Assembly (NCBI GenBank): GCA_030141605.1
Contig: JAQGDQ010000149.1
Coordinates: forward strand, 421,789-485,788
Reading direction: 5' to 3'
Length of the DNA: 64,000 nt
Source: Tubiluchus corallicola
Lineage: Eukaryota; Animalia; Priapulida
Position 1 is the stretch's first letter, and every line of letters starts with the position of its first letter. Of the stretch, positions 1 through 12,500 are shown one piece after another. The translations under genes and the position numbers were made by a program. Below the pieces are notes generated by a model. The model searched no databases and was not told the DNA's origin. It saw nothing but the letters and a program-made list of their open reading frames with translations.

Positions 1-1
1 A

Positions 2-1708
2 ATGTTTCTTAGATCTACAATCCTTATACGCATGAAAAGTCCCATTCAAGCATCCAAAACAAATTTTATTGTCTTTGACAAACTTTCTTTTGGCATCGTA
101 GGAAAGCTGACTGAACTCTTTGCATTTATCTAAACGATGATTAGTAGCTGAACAATAGAAACAAGGCCTTTGTTTTAGAGTTTGACCCTTTGACATATTA
201 TTAGAGTCAATAGCGAATGATGACGATTTGCGACTACCACCTTTGGAAGTCTTAAATGTATGCTCTTCCCCTTTATCTGTAGATTTTGCCATAGCTTGTC
301 GGCTAAGAATAGGATGAGATAGACCTTTCGTCCTGTCACTGATATGCTTAACTACCTCAGTGAATTTCGGCGGTCTACCATAACGCTTTTCTATTTTCTG
401 CGCATGCTCAAGAACTTGATCTTGCATACGATAGGGTAGCTTAGAACAAACTAATTGTATAGTACACGGGTCATCTAGCGATAACAAATATGCATTATGA
501 TGCATAGATGCTCCACAATTGTTCAGAAAAGCAGAAAACTCTTCAACTGAATCGACGTCATCCATTTTTGTGATAGGCTTCCAAGATCTCAATTTAGTTT
601 TAAATGCTGCGGCAGCAACTGACGAATTCCCGAATTTAGCGTGCAATGCGGCAACGGCATGATCGTACGGCTTCCTATTATTCTCTGATGCTTCAACTAA
701 TGTCTGTGCCTTTCCTTCAGTGTACTGAACCAAATATCTGTACAACTGTAATTGATCGGTTATGCAAGTTTCAAATGTCTGTTTAAAAACTGTGATAAAG
801 GCGTTATATTTTGTTACGTCATGTCCATTAAATTTCACCAATTCAGGCATCGGTAATTTTTGCAAACTGACTATCTGATTAAGACATTTCGCTTGATCTA
901 GAAAAGCTTTAGCAATTAACTCGTTGCTCTGCTGTGGTCTTGGATCCTGGACAACAGCAGATTGACGTTGCGGTGAATATGGACGATTGCCAAGTGACCT
1001 ATTCGACTGGAACGACCGGTTTGAACCGACTGACTGACCGCCTGACTTATCATCATCAATGTCGTCTTCCATTTCTGCAGACAACAGGCTTTTTCGTAAC
1101 TTGACCTCATTTAATGCTCGCTTATTTTCAATTTCGTTTAATTCTTGCTGAATTTTAGCTTCAGCCATGCGCCTTTTGATTTTGGCTTCCTCGTCATTTA
1201 ATTCTAGGGCTTTCTCAATGTATGCTTGTGAGCGACGGCTAACGTTACTAACTCCAGATTTAACTGAATGGGCTTGTGACCTTGGCTGAGTTTTAGTTAG
1301 AGGTGCAAGGCTAATATCTTCTTCACTAATCGGCCTACTATCCCGGGCAAACGAATATGCATTGAACGGCTCAATAACTCGTGGTCGATGGCTACTGTAG
1401 TCCGGCATTCTTTGTGATTGCTCTCGTGAGATGTCTACTAACGTGCGCTGCTGTAAGTCCGCAACAGGTAGTTGTTGACCTTGACCATCAGGTGTCTGGG
1501 ATTCGCTTATCGGCTCAGGTAAATCGTCTATTATGGCGTCGCTTGTTCTCTCGGCTTCATGGCGGGCGTCTCTCGCGTCCTCCAACATCCTGGCGATGAG
1601 TTGGTCCTTAGTGCCCTCCTCTGGTAGTCCATAGTCCATACATAAGTTTTTCAAATCGGCTTTGTGCATCTTACGCAAGTTGCTCTCCGTGAGTGCTAAT
1701 TGAGCCAT
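2..1708 (-). CDS. BEL/Pao LTR-retrotransposon Gag(-Pol) ORF, open and running off the window start; N-terminal SAP-like motif, DUF1759-like core, two Cys-His knuckles
   Basis: Manual translation from ATG at 1708: MAQLALTESNLRKMHKADLKNLCMDYGLPEEGTKDQLIARML...LPMPELVKFNG...YLVQYTEGKAQTLV...KFGN...WKPI...KLP...CFYCSATNHRLDKC...CFGCLNGTFHAYKDC. It is absent from the ORF track because no stop is reached before position 1. The LTR could not be delimited. Confidence 0.85.
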   Translation of the reverse strand, partial: MAQLALTESNLRKMHKADLKNLCMDYGLPEEGTKDQLIARMLEDARDARHEAERTSDAIIDDLPEPISESQTPDGQGQQLPVADLQQRTLVDISREQSQRMPDYSSHRPRVIEPFNAYSFARDSRPISEEDISLAPLTKTQPRSQAHSVKSGVSNVSRRSQAYIEKALELNDEEAKIKRRMAEAKIQQELNEIENKRALNEVKLRKSLLSAEMEDDIDDDKSGGQSVGSNRSFQSNRSLGNRPYSPQRQSAVVQDPRPQQSNELIAKAFLDQAKCLNQIVSLQKLPMPELVKFNGHDVTKYNAFITVFKQTFETCITDQLQLYRYLVQYTEGKAQTLVEASENNRKPYDHAVAALHAKFGNSSVAAAAFKTKLRSWKPITKMDDVDSVEEFSAFLNNCGASMHHNAYLLSLDDPCTIQLVCSKLPYRMQDQVLEHAQKIEKRYGRPPKFTEVVKHISDRTKGLSHPILSRQAMAKSTDKGEEHTFKTSKGGSRKSSSFAIDSNNMSKGQTLKQRPCFYCSATNHRLDKCKEFSQLSYDAKRKFVKDNKICFGCLNGTFHAYKDCRSKKH

Positions 1709-3392
1709 CTCTACACCCCTAGCAGTAAATGTCTATGATGTGGATGCGCCCAGTCCAGGCAATAAAACGGCAAAAATCAATGTTGAATTGTGCGATAGAC
1801 CTGCAATTTATTAAAATACAGGATTACAAAAGGTGCTTTGGAATGTGCAAAAGCTTATTACCATTTAGACAAAAAGTTTTAAGAAGTTTTAAGAAGACTG
1901 AAACAAATTATTACTTTATGACTCTATGAAGCAATTTTAACCAATTTAAACGTTTAACTAATTATAAAGGTAGATGTGACTTACATTTACTGGTGACTTG
2001 GCTTGAAAATGCAACTAGTTAATAGACAAAAACAATGAAAGTATCACAAAACGGAATGAACAGTATAGCAGCAACAGAAAGTGTGACTACGTATAGAAAC
2101 AAGTTTAATTGATAGGTGGCGTGTACTACTAAAAGCGTAAGTCACATGACTAAGGCTAGCTTCCTTTTTAAACAGTTTTGCATTTGCATATTTGTAAATT
2201 TGTAAAAAGAAAACAAATAATGATAAAATTTTTGATTGAATTGCTTGACACCAACAACTAACATTAGGGGATTGGTCAAAATCTGCTTTCACAACAATAC
2301 ATACACACACTACCCCACTTCTATTTCCATTTGTCCACAAATGAGTTGTGGCAAATGCAACTGAACTTCACTCCGGTTGAACCGAAAAAAATTCATTCAA
2401 AGTTGAGCAATAACAAATTAAAGCAAAGCTAAACAATTTTCTTTAGTAGTACAAATGCAGAATAGCACCTGATAAAATTTGAGATGTTCAATTATGAGTT
2501 TAGTAAACAATACCACATCAAAAATAATCAAAATTGTAGAAAGCACTAGTACAACTACATATAATCCAAGCATTAGCAAATCCATCCAGGTTTATAACAG
2601 CTAGCTAGATCAGTTCCAGCAGCATAAAGGTAAAAACAGGGAGTTGATTATAGATCCATTTCTCTGTTGAAACAGGTCAACGATCCACTTCTTGTGAATG
2701 TAGTGTAACGCCATCTATCAAGATTGTCCCAAAGAAAAACAGTACAGTATATTTTTAAATAGAACAGAATTCAGTCTATGCACATGCAAACATTGAAGCT
2801 CAGTGCAATGCGTAGTTTGTCCACAAATCACGAAATTGGCAAAACAGGTCTTGAAACGAAAGAGCATTCCACTAGTTTCTTCCGAGGCACTGAGACAACC
2901 TCTATAATATGTTACATTGAATGGTAGGGACTTCAACCATCTGTCTGCCAAGTGAAATAAAGTAGTTGCGATACTAGCGAAGGGTTCTTCATCGTGAAAT
3001 TGTAGGTATTCCAGCTATCTGCTACAACAACTGTTGTGTACTCCCAAGCCACAAATACTTCCTTTGACGGTACTGGTAGTAGACTCGTGTGACAATTGAA
3101 GTTTCGAACTTGGCTTGCCTGAGTGGATGAAGTAGGCATTCTGACAAGCTTACTGCAACAGACTTGTCACGTAAGGAGGAGTAAACAAATTTACAAACAA
3201 GGTACTGCTGTACAGCAACAACAGTAAAGTAGAGAAAAACTTGATTAAACTTTTAACCTGCTTCTACGTCGGGCTTTAACAAAAGCTACCGAAAACCAAT
3301 TCAACAGTGAAGTACAGTTAAAAGAAAGTTTTTTGGCAGAAAGACTAGCACCAGGTGTTCACAACTGCACATTCTTAGCTGACGGAACACAA

Positions 3393-3617
3393 CAGGGCCC
3401 TATGTTAAAAAGCGTGTCCAGGCATCTCTAGAGATGCCAGAACACTAAAATCAGTGTTCTGGCATCTCTAGCCATTACGGAACACTAAACTACCATTTAA
3501 AAACAGTGTTCTCGCATTTCTAGCCATTACGGAACACGCGAAAACTATGGTGACTCACTATACATGCAAAGTCAGAAAAATTGGCTGTACATCGCCTCCT
3601 CTTAAATACAGGGACTC
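3393..3617. repeat. Short hairpin-rich repeat cluster, possible MITE
   Basis: About three units of GTGTTC..GCATCTCTAG..GAACAC at ~3416-3538, including the palindrome GGCATCTCTAGAGATGCC. Loose terminal inverted match (CAGGGCCCTATGTTAA / TTAAATACAGGGACTCG). No TSD seen. Confidence 0.35.
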
Positions 3618-4177
3618 GATAAAAATTTAGAACTGTTTTAAGCTAAGGCCTGTAGTACGAATGCTGTTCAATTGCCTTTCCACATAAAAAGGTAAAAACA
3701 CTAGATTGTATATAAAAAAAACATGCCAAGTAGTGCCGATAAGCTGTCTGCCTAAAACAAAATGCAGCACTCACCAAACCCAATAATGTCGATCCATTCC
3801 AGGCGGCAATTTCGGATCCCACTTATGTGCACCCGTGTAACGAATCTGAGGACCCATCTCAGGATGTATAGAGCAGCATACAAGTTATGAAATACCACAG
3901 CAGACGAGAAAAGTTAAAAGATACGGAATACGAGTGTAAAATAAACTTTATTGCATAATTAGTAACTCCAAAAGAGTGACATGTGAACAAACTGTTGTAT
4001 AAAAATTAGCAAGCCTACAGCATTCACCTTTACAGATAGAAAGGCCAGGTTGGAGTCATCAAATAACGGCATTCACTCTGTTTTATGTTTTATACAGGTA
4101 CATTTGCATTACTAGACTTCTCAACCATACCCATTACTAACATTTGGGGGTTGGTCAAAATCTGCCTTTGTAACAAT

Positions 4178-4256
4178 ATATACACACAGAGACACACGCA
4201 CGCACGCATACACCCCACACACGCACTCATGCACACACACACACACACACACACAC

Positions 4257-4300
<44 letters not shown>
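4178..4300. repeat. Compound (CA)n/(TA)n/(TG)n microsatellite at the end of a short dispersed repeat
   Basis: Directly visible. The preceding ~45 bp (CTAACATT..GG.TTGGTCAAAATCTGC) recurs at ~2257-2310, also followed by CA repeats. Confidence 0.85.
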
Positions 4301-6507
4301 ATTTGTGTCCACTAAAATATATTCATAGTGGAAATTTTGTTTTAAAGATAATCTAGCACAAGTTTATGGTGTCTAGAATAGACTGAATATGGAAAGTTTG
4401 CACAGAAGAAACAGATATAAAAACCAAGAGAAAAGGTACATAGCAGTGATCAGTTGCGGACTGTGGAAAGAATTTTACTTAATTTCTAACATGAATTTTG
4501 TAAGACATAAATTTCCTGTCTAAATTGTCATGCTTTTTTATTCAAAGGAGGGCAAACTCCACATCAAACACATAGACATGGTTAAATTTTACATTTTGGC
4601 CCTTTATTCTCAGGCCATGATCAGAAATACCTAGTCAATAAATACTGCAAAGATGTTAGTCCACTATATGTATGTTAATATATGTATTAAGTGGAACGGA
4701 GAAGTAACCACTTTAGTAATGAGCTAATAACCACAGCAAGTAAAGTTTTGAAAATATTTATAGCAAGTTATGCATGATCAGTTATCATCACATCCTTTGG
4801 AATTGTTCTAAATTTGTCACTTAGTCATTTTTATAGCTTCAGTCGCATGGTCCTTGTGAGTAGCAGAAATTCCCATTGTACTGCATTGTAATGAACTTTT
4901 CCGTATTAAAAGGAAATGGAAACACTTTATAAAGTAAAGTTTAAATTAACATTCTTAAAGTGAAAGTGAAAAGCTCATACCTCTTCGTTAAATTTAAACC
5001 TTTGTTAAGTTGTAAGCAGCTACTGAATTTCCTCAAGTTTCACACCATAAAACACAGGTTTACCATCTTGATTTTGACGTTTGCCCTGCAGATTGTGCTG
5101 TCACCTACGTGAATCACCAGGAGTATGGCATAGAATGCTAGTTTGCTTTACAAAATTTGTTAGTTATCAGCAAGAAAAATTCTATTTTTATACCTGCACT
5201 GTACATGTTGTGGGACAAGTGCTAATCTCGTGAACAATCACTTGAAACCCCGAGTTTTTTTAGATATGGGGTATGTAGGGCTTTGACACAGTCATACCTC
5301 AATAATGTTGTTTGACAGCTGTTGTGGAGATCTGGAATATTCTACAGTATAGTAGAACAATCTTCTTACCTTGTAGAAGTTTCGAGAACTTTCTATTTCT
5401 AGATTGTTCCTTTGCACTGATATATAAGGCAGAGCTGACCGCTAGACTTTATTCTCTTGTATCCTCGTATTCTCAGATGCGCTTTCTCGCTTTCTTACTT
5501 ACAGTCTTACTTTACAGAGTACTTTGATTCCCCTTTAAAGTTATATAGAGAGTAACATGGCTCAATCATTAAAGCTTTCCTTATGATAGTCACTTGTTAC
5601 AACATTTTCAAATTGTTTAATTTTCTTTTGGTACTGGCATTTTCTACAAGTTGTTTGCAAATTGAACTGACATCACTGTATTATTTTTTGCCAAGCTATT
5701 TCTGACCGTGATGTGAGAATAAAGGAATGAAACGCAGAATTTAACTATGTCTATATGTTTTATGTGGGCATTTGTCCTCCTTTGGATAATTAAGTTCGGC
5801 TTTCCCCTCAGTAGTCCTATTTTTTATGTATGATGGCTGGTATTCCTTTTTTTGTAATTTGCCTACAAAAAATAGGTATATATTTGTTTCATCCACTTTT
5901 TGCAATACTCTTATGTAATGTTCTATATAAAAAGAACGCATCTCACTTGCTTAGCACAGAAGAATTTGGCAGTCTGTTGTAATTTTTAGAGACAGTCCAT
6001 TTCTGTCATTTTGACTAATTATATGCATGCACCGTTCCTCTATTTAATACATTAATTTTATAGGACTGAAAATACATTAATGAGCACAATCCAGTAATGG
6101 GTACAATATGCATTTCCACTATGGCACTTGCTATTAAACTCAAAGGGGTTGTTCTCACTAGAAGGAGGAAGCCATAAGGATCTAGAACTTCCAGACTGTA
6201 GTCATAATAAACTGATGGCTCTGAAGAAGGAATTTATACTCAGCATACAGTGGCTACTTTTTCATTTCTAAATTTTTATCTCCTCTTACAAATTCGTTTC
6301 ATTTGCTACTTCCATACTTCTATGAAGTTATTTCATCTGTGGGGTGGACAAATACAGGTCATATTTTGATTTAAAAAAATCACACCTATTTAAAAATAAG
6401 GAAAAAAGAATGGACAAGAGGGCATAGTTTACCTCTGTAGTTTATCTTCGGAATCATAGGCCATGGCTATGTTTTTGCTTAATAGCTTTTGTTTTACTTT
6501 TGCTTAG

Positions 6508-9500
6508 GGAAAAGGCATTAGCAGCGACTGACAATTATAGCTTTGAAGCTGCTGTTGACTGGTTAGTATAATTAGTTAACTAATATTGCTAGTTTGAAGC
6601 ATTGTGGTGAATAGCCCAAGTAAGAAAGTGAAGTCTAATATTTAATTAAGAAACATTTTGGCATTTATACATTAAAATAAGTTATTCAATGCTACTGCTC
6701 AATAATATTAAACTATAGCCAAAAAATTAAATGAAATAAAACAACTTTTATACTAATTCCATATTTTTCTTATGCATTTTGATGGTGACGTGCTGAATGC
6801 AGTTAGACTAACAGGCAAATAGAAGCTGACAATTATATTTATACAAACTGTGGTGTCAAATACTCATTTCAATATGGCGAATTTTAGATTAAACAATATA
6901 TTTATTGTGGGTGTTTGTAAACTTTGTTCAAATATTTGTGGAACATTGCACATTTAACAGTCAGGCAGACATGTGGGTTTTGCATTTCCCATTTTGACTG
7001 TGGGTGTAGAGGTTGCAAACACTGAAAAGTGAACCCCAATTTTGCCACGTTTTCCACGTGGTCTTCTTTTGTTATTCGTGTTTTACCATGTATACTATTT
7101 TCAAAATTGATATTACTATGTAATTCTAATCAATTAGAACTTACCATACATCTAAGTTGATAAAATTTAATGTATTTATGTATATAATACATAATGCACT
7201 ACAACTATGACTTAACAGGTTTTTGTATTAAAGAATTGTCATGAGATGCATGTATTCTTAAGTAACGGGGTGTTCATATAATTATACAAGAATAGAAACT
7301 CTTACAAACTACGTGGTAACTTGTAGTTGATCACATTGATTTTCGTTAATTCATTGAATGTAGGCTAATGGCTCATAGTGATGACCCAGATATTGATGAA
7401 CCATATCAACCCCCGCAAGGGCGTGTATTAGGTTCTAAATCAGAAAGCGCCGACAGAAATGAAGAAACACAAGGTACTAATACATTGATCTGATTAAATT
7501 TTATGGATGTACGTGGACAGTCTATTTATCTGAGTTTTCCTGGAACTTCAATTATTGGCAAAAGCTATGAAAATATCACACATCACAATGTAAGCATATA
7601 CAATTTTTATTATATATTGGATGTCATGGAAAAAATATGCTGAAGCTTAGACTACAATAACATTAGAAGAAAGTGCCTTATAAAGTTGAACTTTCTAAGC
7701 ATGAAACTACAGTGCATTGACTGTGCAAGTTAAAGTTTATAGTTTGTACTTTATGGCCAAAAAACATTTGCAAGTTAGAAATTCAAATGGCGGAACAATG
7801 CTATCTAATCATCATTTGAAAACTGGACATGTCAGTGCACATGAAGCACTCAATACATGGCAGCAAAACAATAAATAAACTAACCAGCTTTCATCATGGT
7901 CTTTACCATAGGAAATAAAAAAGCACTGATGAAGGTTTGTTTTCAAGAAAAAAATATAACTTAATCCTGAACTACAGTATTTTGAATTCCTAGAGAAAGT
8001 ATATGACTGTCGTACAGTACTTAGCCGTTTGATGTAGAGGAACTGGAGGCAAAAAATTGATTAGCACTAGAACTAACTGCCTCTTAAAAGAAGTAAGAAA
8101 CAGTGACAGTTGTTGGAAGAAACGTCCTCGTCTAGTTTGCAACTTTGCAGTGAAAATGGTGAACACTTAGAGTGTGCTTCCCCCAAATTTTAACAATAGC
8201 GACAAAATTTTTTCTGGTATTTATTTTTTTTTTGACTTGTCACTTTAAGAATTATTCATTTTTGGAAAAATCTAGGGAAATGATATAAAAACATTAGTTC
8301 TTTATGCATAAGCATATGTAACTTCAGCGTGGTGATTTTCAGGCTATTCCATTAGCTTCTTTTTATAATATTGTAATCAAAATTTCGGCACATTTTTTGC
8401 GCCACTTAATATAATCAGTCTTTTTTGAAGAACTTGCTTCCATTAATGTTTTTATATTTCCAAAGTTCTATTGATCTTTGATAACATTTATTTTTTAAAG
8501 CTGAATCTGAGCAAGGAGAATCAGAACCTAAAGAAAATGAATCCACCACAACGGCTAGCACAAGTAATGACAATGTGCAGGATGTTGGTGATGGCATAAG
8601 CACTCAGGTTGTGACCACAAAGAAATCTGTTAAGTGTGATGAGTATGTTAAGTTATAGTAATTACTCCATTCTACGTTTACTTAATGTTAGATTACCCTT
8701 AAAAATTATTTGTGAATGTGATTTTTATATAATATTTCCTTTTGTTTAAATGAATGTTACTTATTTTCTACTTTAGAATTAGCCATTTAATTTGTTATTA
8801 TTATTGTTATTGCTGCTATTGTTTGTTGAAGAAATAACAATTTATGCTTATTTCTTTTGATTTTATGGCTTTTAGCTGTGTAGTTTAGTTTTTTGTAACA
8901 ATGACTACACAAACATCAATTTCTTAATTTACGCTTTATTCTTAAACACTTGTTTAATCATTTGTTTTAGATGTGGGAAGTTATTTGTTCGTGAAGATGC
9001 TATTCAGGCACATGCATTTAAAACAGGCCATCAAAGCTTTTCCGAGTCAACTGAAGAAATAAAGCCTTTGACTGAAGAAGAGAAGCTTGAACAAAAACAG
9101 AAGTACTGTGAAGTTTTTAAGCAATAATTTGTTTATTCATATTTATTATTTTCAATCTTTTAAAAGGAAAAAAAATTAAAATTATTATTTGTACAGTTTT
9201 TTAGCTATTTTTTTATTTTTTAAACCTCATCTTGAATTTCTGAACAGATACATTGTTACTAGTTAATGTGACATCAGAGAAAATTGCAGACATCTCTATG
9301 GACATAGCAGCTCATAACTAGTGCCATGTGTTTGTCCCAGCAACTTTAAATAAGCGACCTTGTTTTGTCTCATGTCTGTTCCCATATGTCATTCATTCCT
9401 CAGCTTAAGTGGGGACTAACATCCAAACTATTGTCACTGTATATGCATTTCCAAAATTCTACTTGATATGACTCCATTATACACCACAAAGATTGTTATT

Positions 9501-12500
9501 TTTTTGGCTTTATTTATTTTTTGGTTGGCTTGCATATCATAGTAATTAATGATTTTTTGTTTTGTCAAACTTTTAACAGATTAGAGCAGATTATAAAAGA
9601 ACGAAGGGAGAAGAAAATGGAACAAGAAAAGAAGGAGCAACTAGAAAGAGAGAAGCTGAGAAGAAAGCAAGGGAAAGATGTCGTTTCTTCTAAACAGAGG
9701 TAGCTATCCTACATCTTTTCAAGCTTGTTTCGCTTATTCTTCTTTTATGCCATTCACAGTTAGTTTCATTGCTAGCCTAAGGAAATTTATATGTATATGT
9801 ACATCCTCTAAAATGTGAAGTACGATCACTCTAAAAAAGTTTTTAGTGAGCTTTTTTGGGTTAAATCTGTATTCTATGCAGGTATCATTATATTCATATA
9901 TGCTGCAGCCTCATTTCTAGCTTTAGAACTGTTTATTGTATAGGGATGCCAATGTCTATAAGCTGACAAATTGTCTGTGTCTGGTGTTAACTGATTTTAA
10001 ACAAAACTTATTTCTTGATTAAGCTAAATTTAAAACTTAGTAATTGTTATAAATTTTAGTAATTGATAAGCATATCCACTAATTGTTTTTAGTCGTGCAA
10101 TTCGTAGTGTTCTGTATGCGTGTTGAGAAGCACCAAATTGTTGGCTGTAGTAGAACTTAGAGGGTCAGCTAAAAAAGTAACATGAAAATGTTTTTTATCT
10201 GCAGAGTAAAACACACACAGTTTTAAAAAGCACTGTCAATGTTAAGGTTTTGTATATATCTATTTTGTTTTTTTGTTTGTGTATGACTATGATTTTTTTT
10301 TAAAAAAGATTGCAAGAAATGGAAATGAAGAAAATAGCTGAAGAGCGAAGAAGAGAGAAGTTGGAAGACCAGAAAGCTAGGTGAATGTTAGGTCAAATAG
10401 AACGCTTGTTTTAGAACTTCTGAAACTATGTATACAACAGACTGAAACTGTTAATAGGACAGGTTTTTCACAAAGTAGCGGGTACTTTCCCAAGTACTTA
10501 ATCAATGAAAGGCACAGATTTTGCTGTAGCAAGTTATTTCAATATATTTTGTTATACATAATTTTCATCCGCAAAAGGGCTACAACATATCTTTCATGAA
10601 TGTCTCCACATGTATATTATTAAAGCATGTCTGAGTGACAGTTTTCGTGCATTATATTTAATAATGATTTGAGCAGCCATTTTTTTGAGTTAAAAGAAGC
10701 TTTGAATAGGGTAATGTTTGTATAGTTTTGATATCCTCGAACAAAAATGCCCATAATGGCGTAACTGCATGAGATATCAGTGCAAAACTATATATTTTCT
10801 GAAAGAGAATTAAATTTTCTTTCTAGCACTGTAAATAAAATGCTTAGGTTTTATTATTTAGTTGAGTAATTAATAAGATGATGCAAAATGTCTGCATAAT
10901 TTTTGTTTCAAAGCCTTCTAGTTTCCAAGTGATAGCTTGTATTTAAAACTGTTCAACATAAAAACTGTAGAGCATTCTTTTCTGCACAAGAGTTTGCAAA
11001 AAGTATTCAAATCATTCTAACTGTAAATTTAACAGCTGTTCAAATGTGCTAAGGTGTTATGAAATTTGTACAGGAATACAATGGCTTGCTGCAAGTGAGT
11101 CTGCCCTGTGCAGCTATTGAATTGACAGTTGCCACTGTCAAGTATGATCAGTAGCTGCATAGTAATTTAGCATGCATCGTATTGTTTTATGAATTCGTTT
11201 GCTTGCAAGGGTTTTTGCAAATGCTGAAAGTTTGTTAGCACATACACAGTATTATTGACAAATAAAATGACAGAAATTATCACTAGATATTATATACATG
11301 TAATTGATTGTTAACTAAGTGATAAATGCATTTGTGAAATTGTTCAAAATTTCAAAAAATACAAAAACGCTGTTAATATTTTTTCATTCTTCATATTGTA
11401 CATTCAAAGGCACTAACATTCAAGTGTGTTCAGAGTGCTGCTCACTGTCAGCACTTGCTGTTGTTACATCCTGTGAACACACACCCAGATGACAACAAAA
11501 AGTACCGTGGCAGGCTAATAACAGCCTGTGCTAATGAGTCACACGGCAGATCAATGTTCGCTGCTACGCTGAGATGCTGTACAAGCGCAAAACGAAACTT
11601 GTTCATTAGTATGCAAAAAATTTTCTTCAAATACTGACAATGAAGAATACAACAGAACTTTTATTGTTCTTATAGTATTTACTAGTATTTTAGCTACTTT
11701 TTTCAAAATTTTATTTAATTTTGAGTGTAGAAAGTTCAGAGAATAACACATTGTTTTTACCCATCATCTGTATGTGCCGGTCAGGAAGCAGTTAAGGGAT
11801 ATCCACATACAACGTATTGGCCAGAAATAAAAAACATCTTTTGTTCACTTGCCTAGTTCCCTTATTACAGTATTACCTGCTGCATACAATGCATATCACT
11901 ACTTCTTTGTAAAATGTCCTATAATGGACTAAATTTGAGCAGTTTTTTTGTCATTTGAGAAAATGGGCGCAACTTAAGTTAAATTTTACATTAGGCCTTT
12001 CATTTAATTTAGTTGCAAATGCAGGAAAATACATCCATGGGCTGGGCTTTGCACCAAATTCCACAGAGGGTACTTGCAATAATACCCTAGATACCTTAGC
12101 TGGTTGCCTGCCTGCTCCATGAGTCCCTGCGTGCCACTGAGCTTATCACTGCTGTTATTGTTTATTTACAGATTAATCACACTGCTACTAAATAAAAAAA
12201 TCAGTCTGTGTCATTAGCAAAAAGTGTTATGTAGGCTAATTTACATTAAACATATGTTTTTCATTATGTTTATTGAACTTTAAGAGCATAATTGAAATAA
12301 ATATTAACTAAACGTAATTAGATAGTAAGATTTGAGAAATTACTCGCTGTTTGTTTGCCATTACATTATCTTTTCCTTTTTGTCATTGCAGGCAAAGAGT
12401 CAAAGAGCAAATAGCAAAGGACAGAGAAGACAGGAAGCACCGTGACGTAAGCAACTTGTTTTTTTTCCAAATTTCAAGTATTAGAGGAGAGAATTTCTTT

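Noticed and set aside
3410-3545. Repeat-spacer-like pattern suggesting a CRISPR array
   Set aside because: Eukaryotic context, only ~3 divergent units, irregular short spacers and no cas genes.
4085-4315. ORFs with HT/YI/VC repeats on both strands
   Set aside because: Microsatellite translation.
4905-5540. Possible Kolobok-type element with TTAA ends
   Set aside because: TIR match too weak to support a call.
7920-7955. CTGATGA motifs (also ~20138) as hammerhead ribozyme cores
   Set aside because: No flanking stems with a correctly placed GAAA and cleavage triplet.
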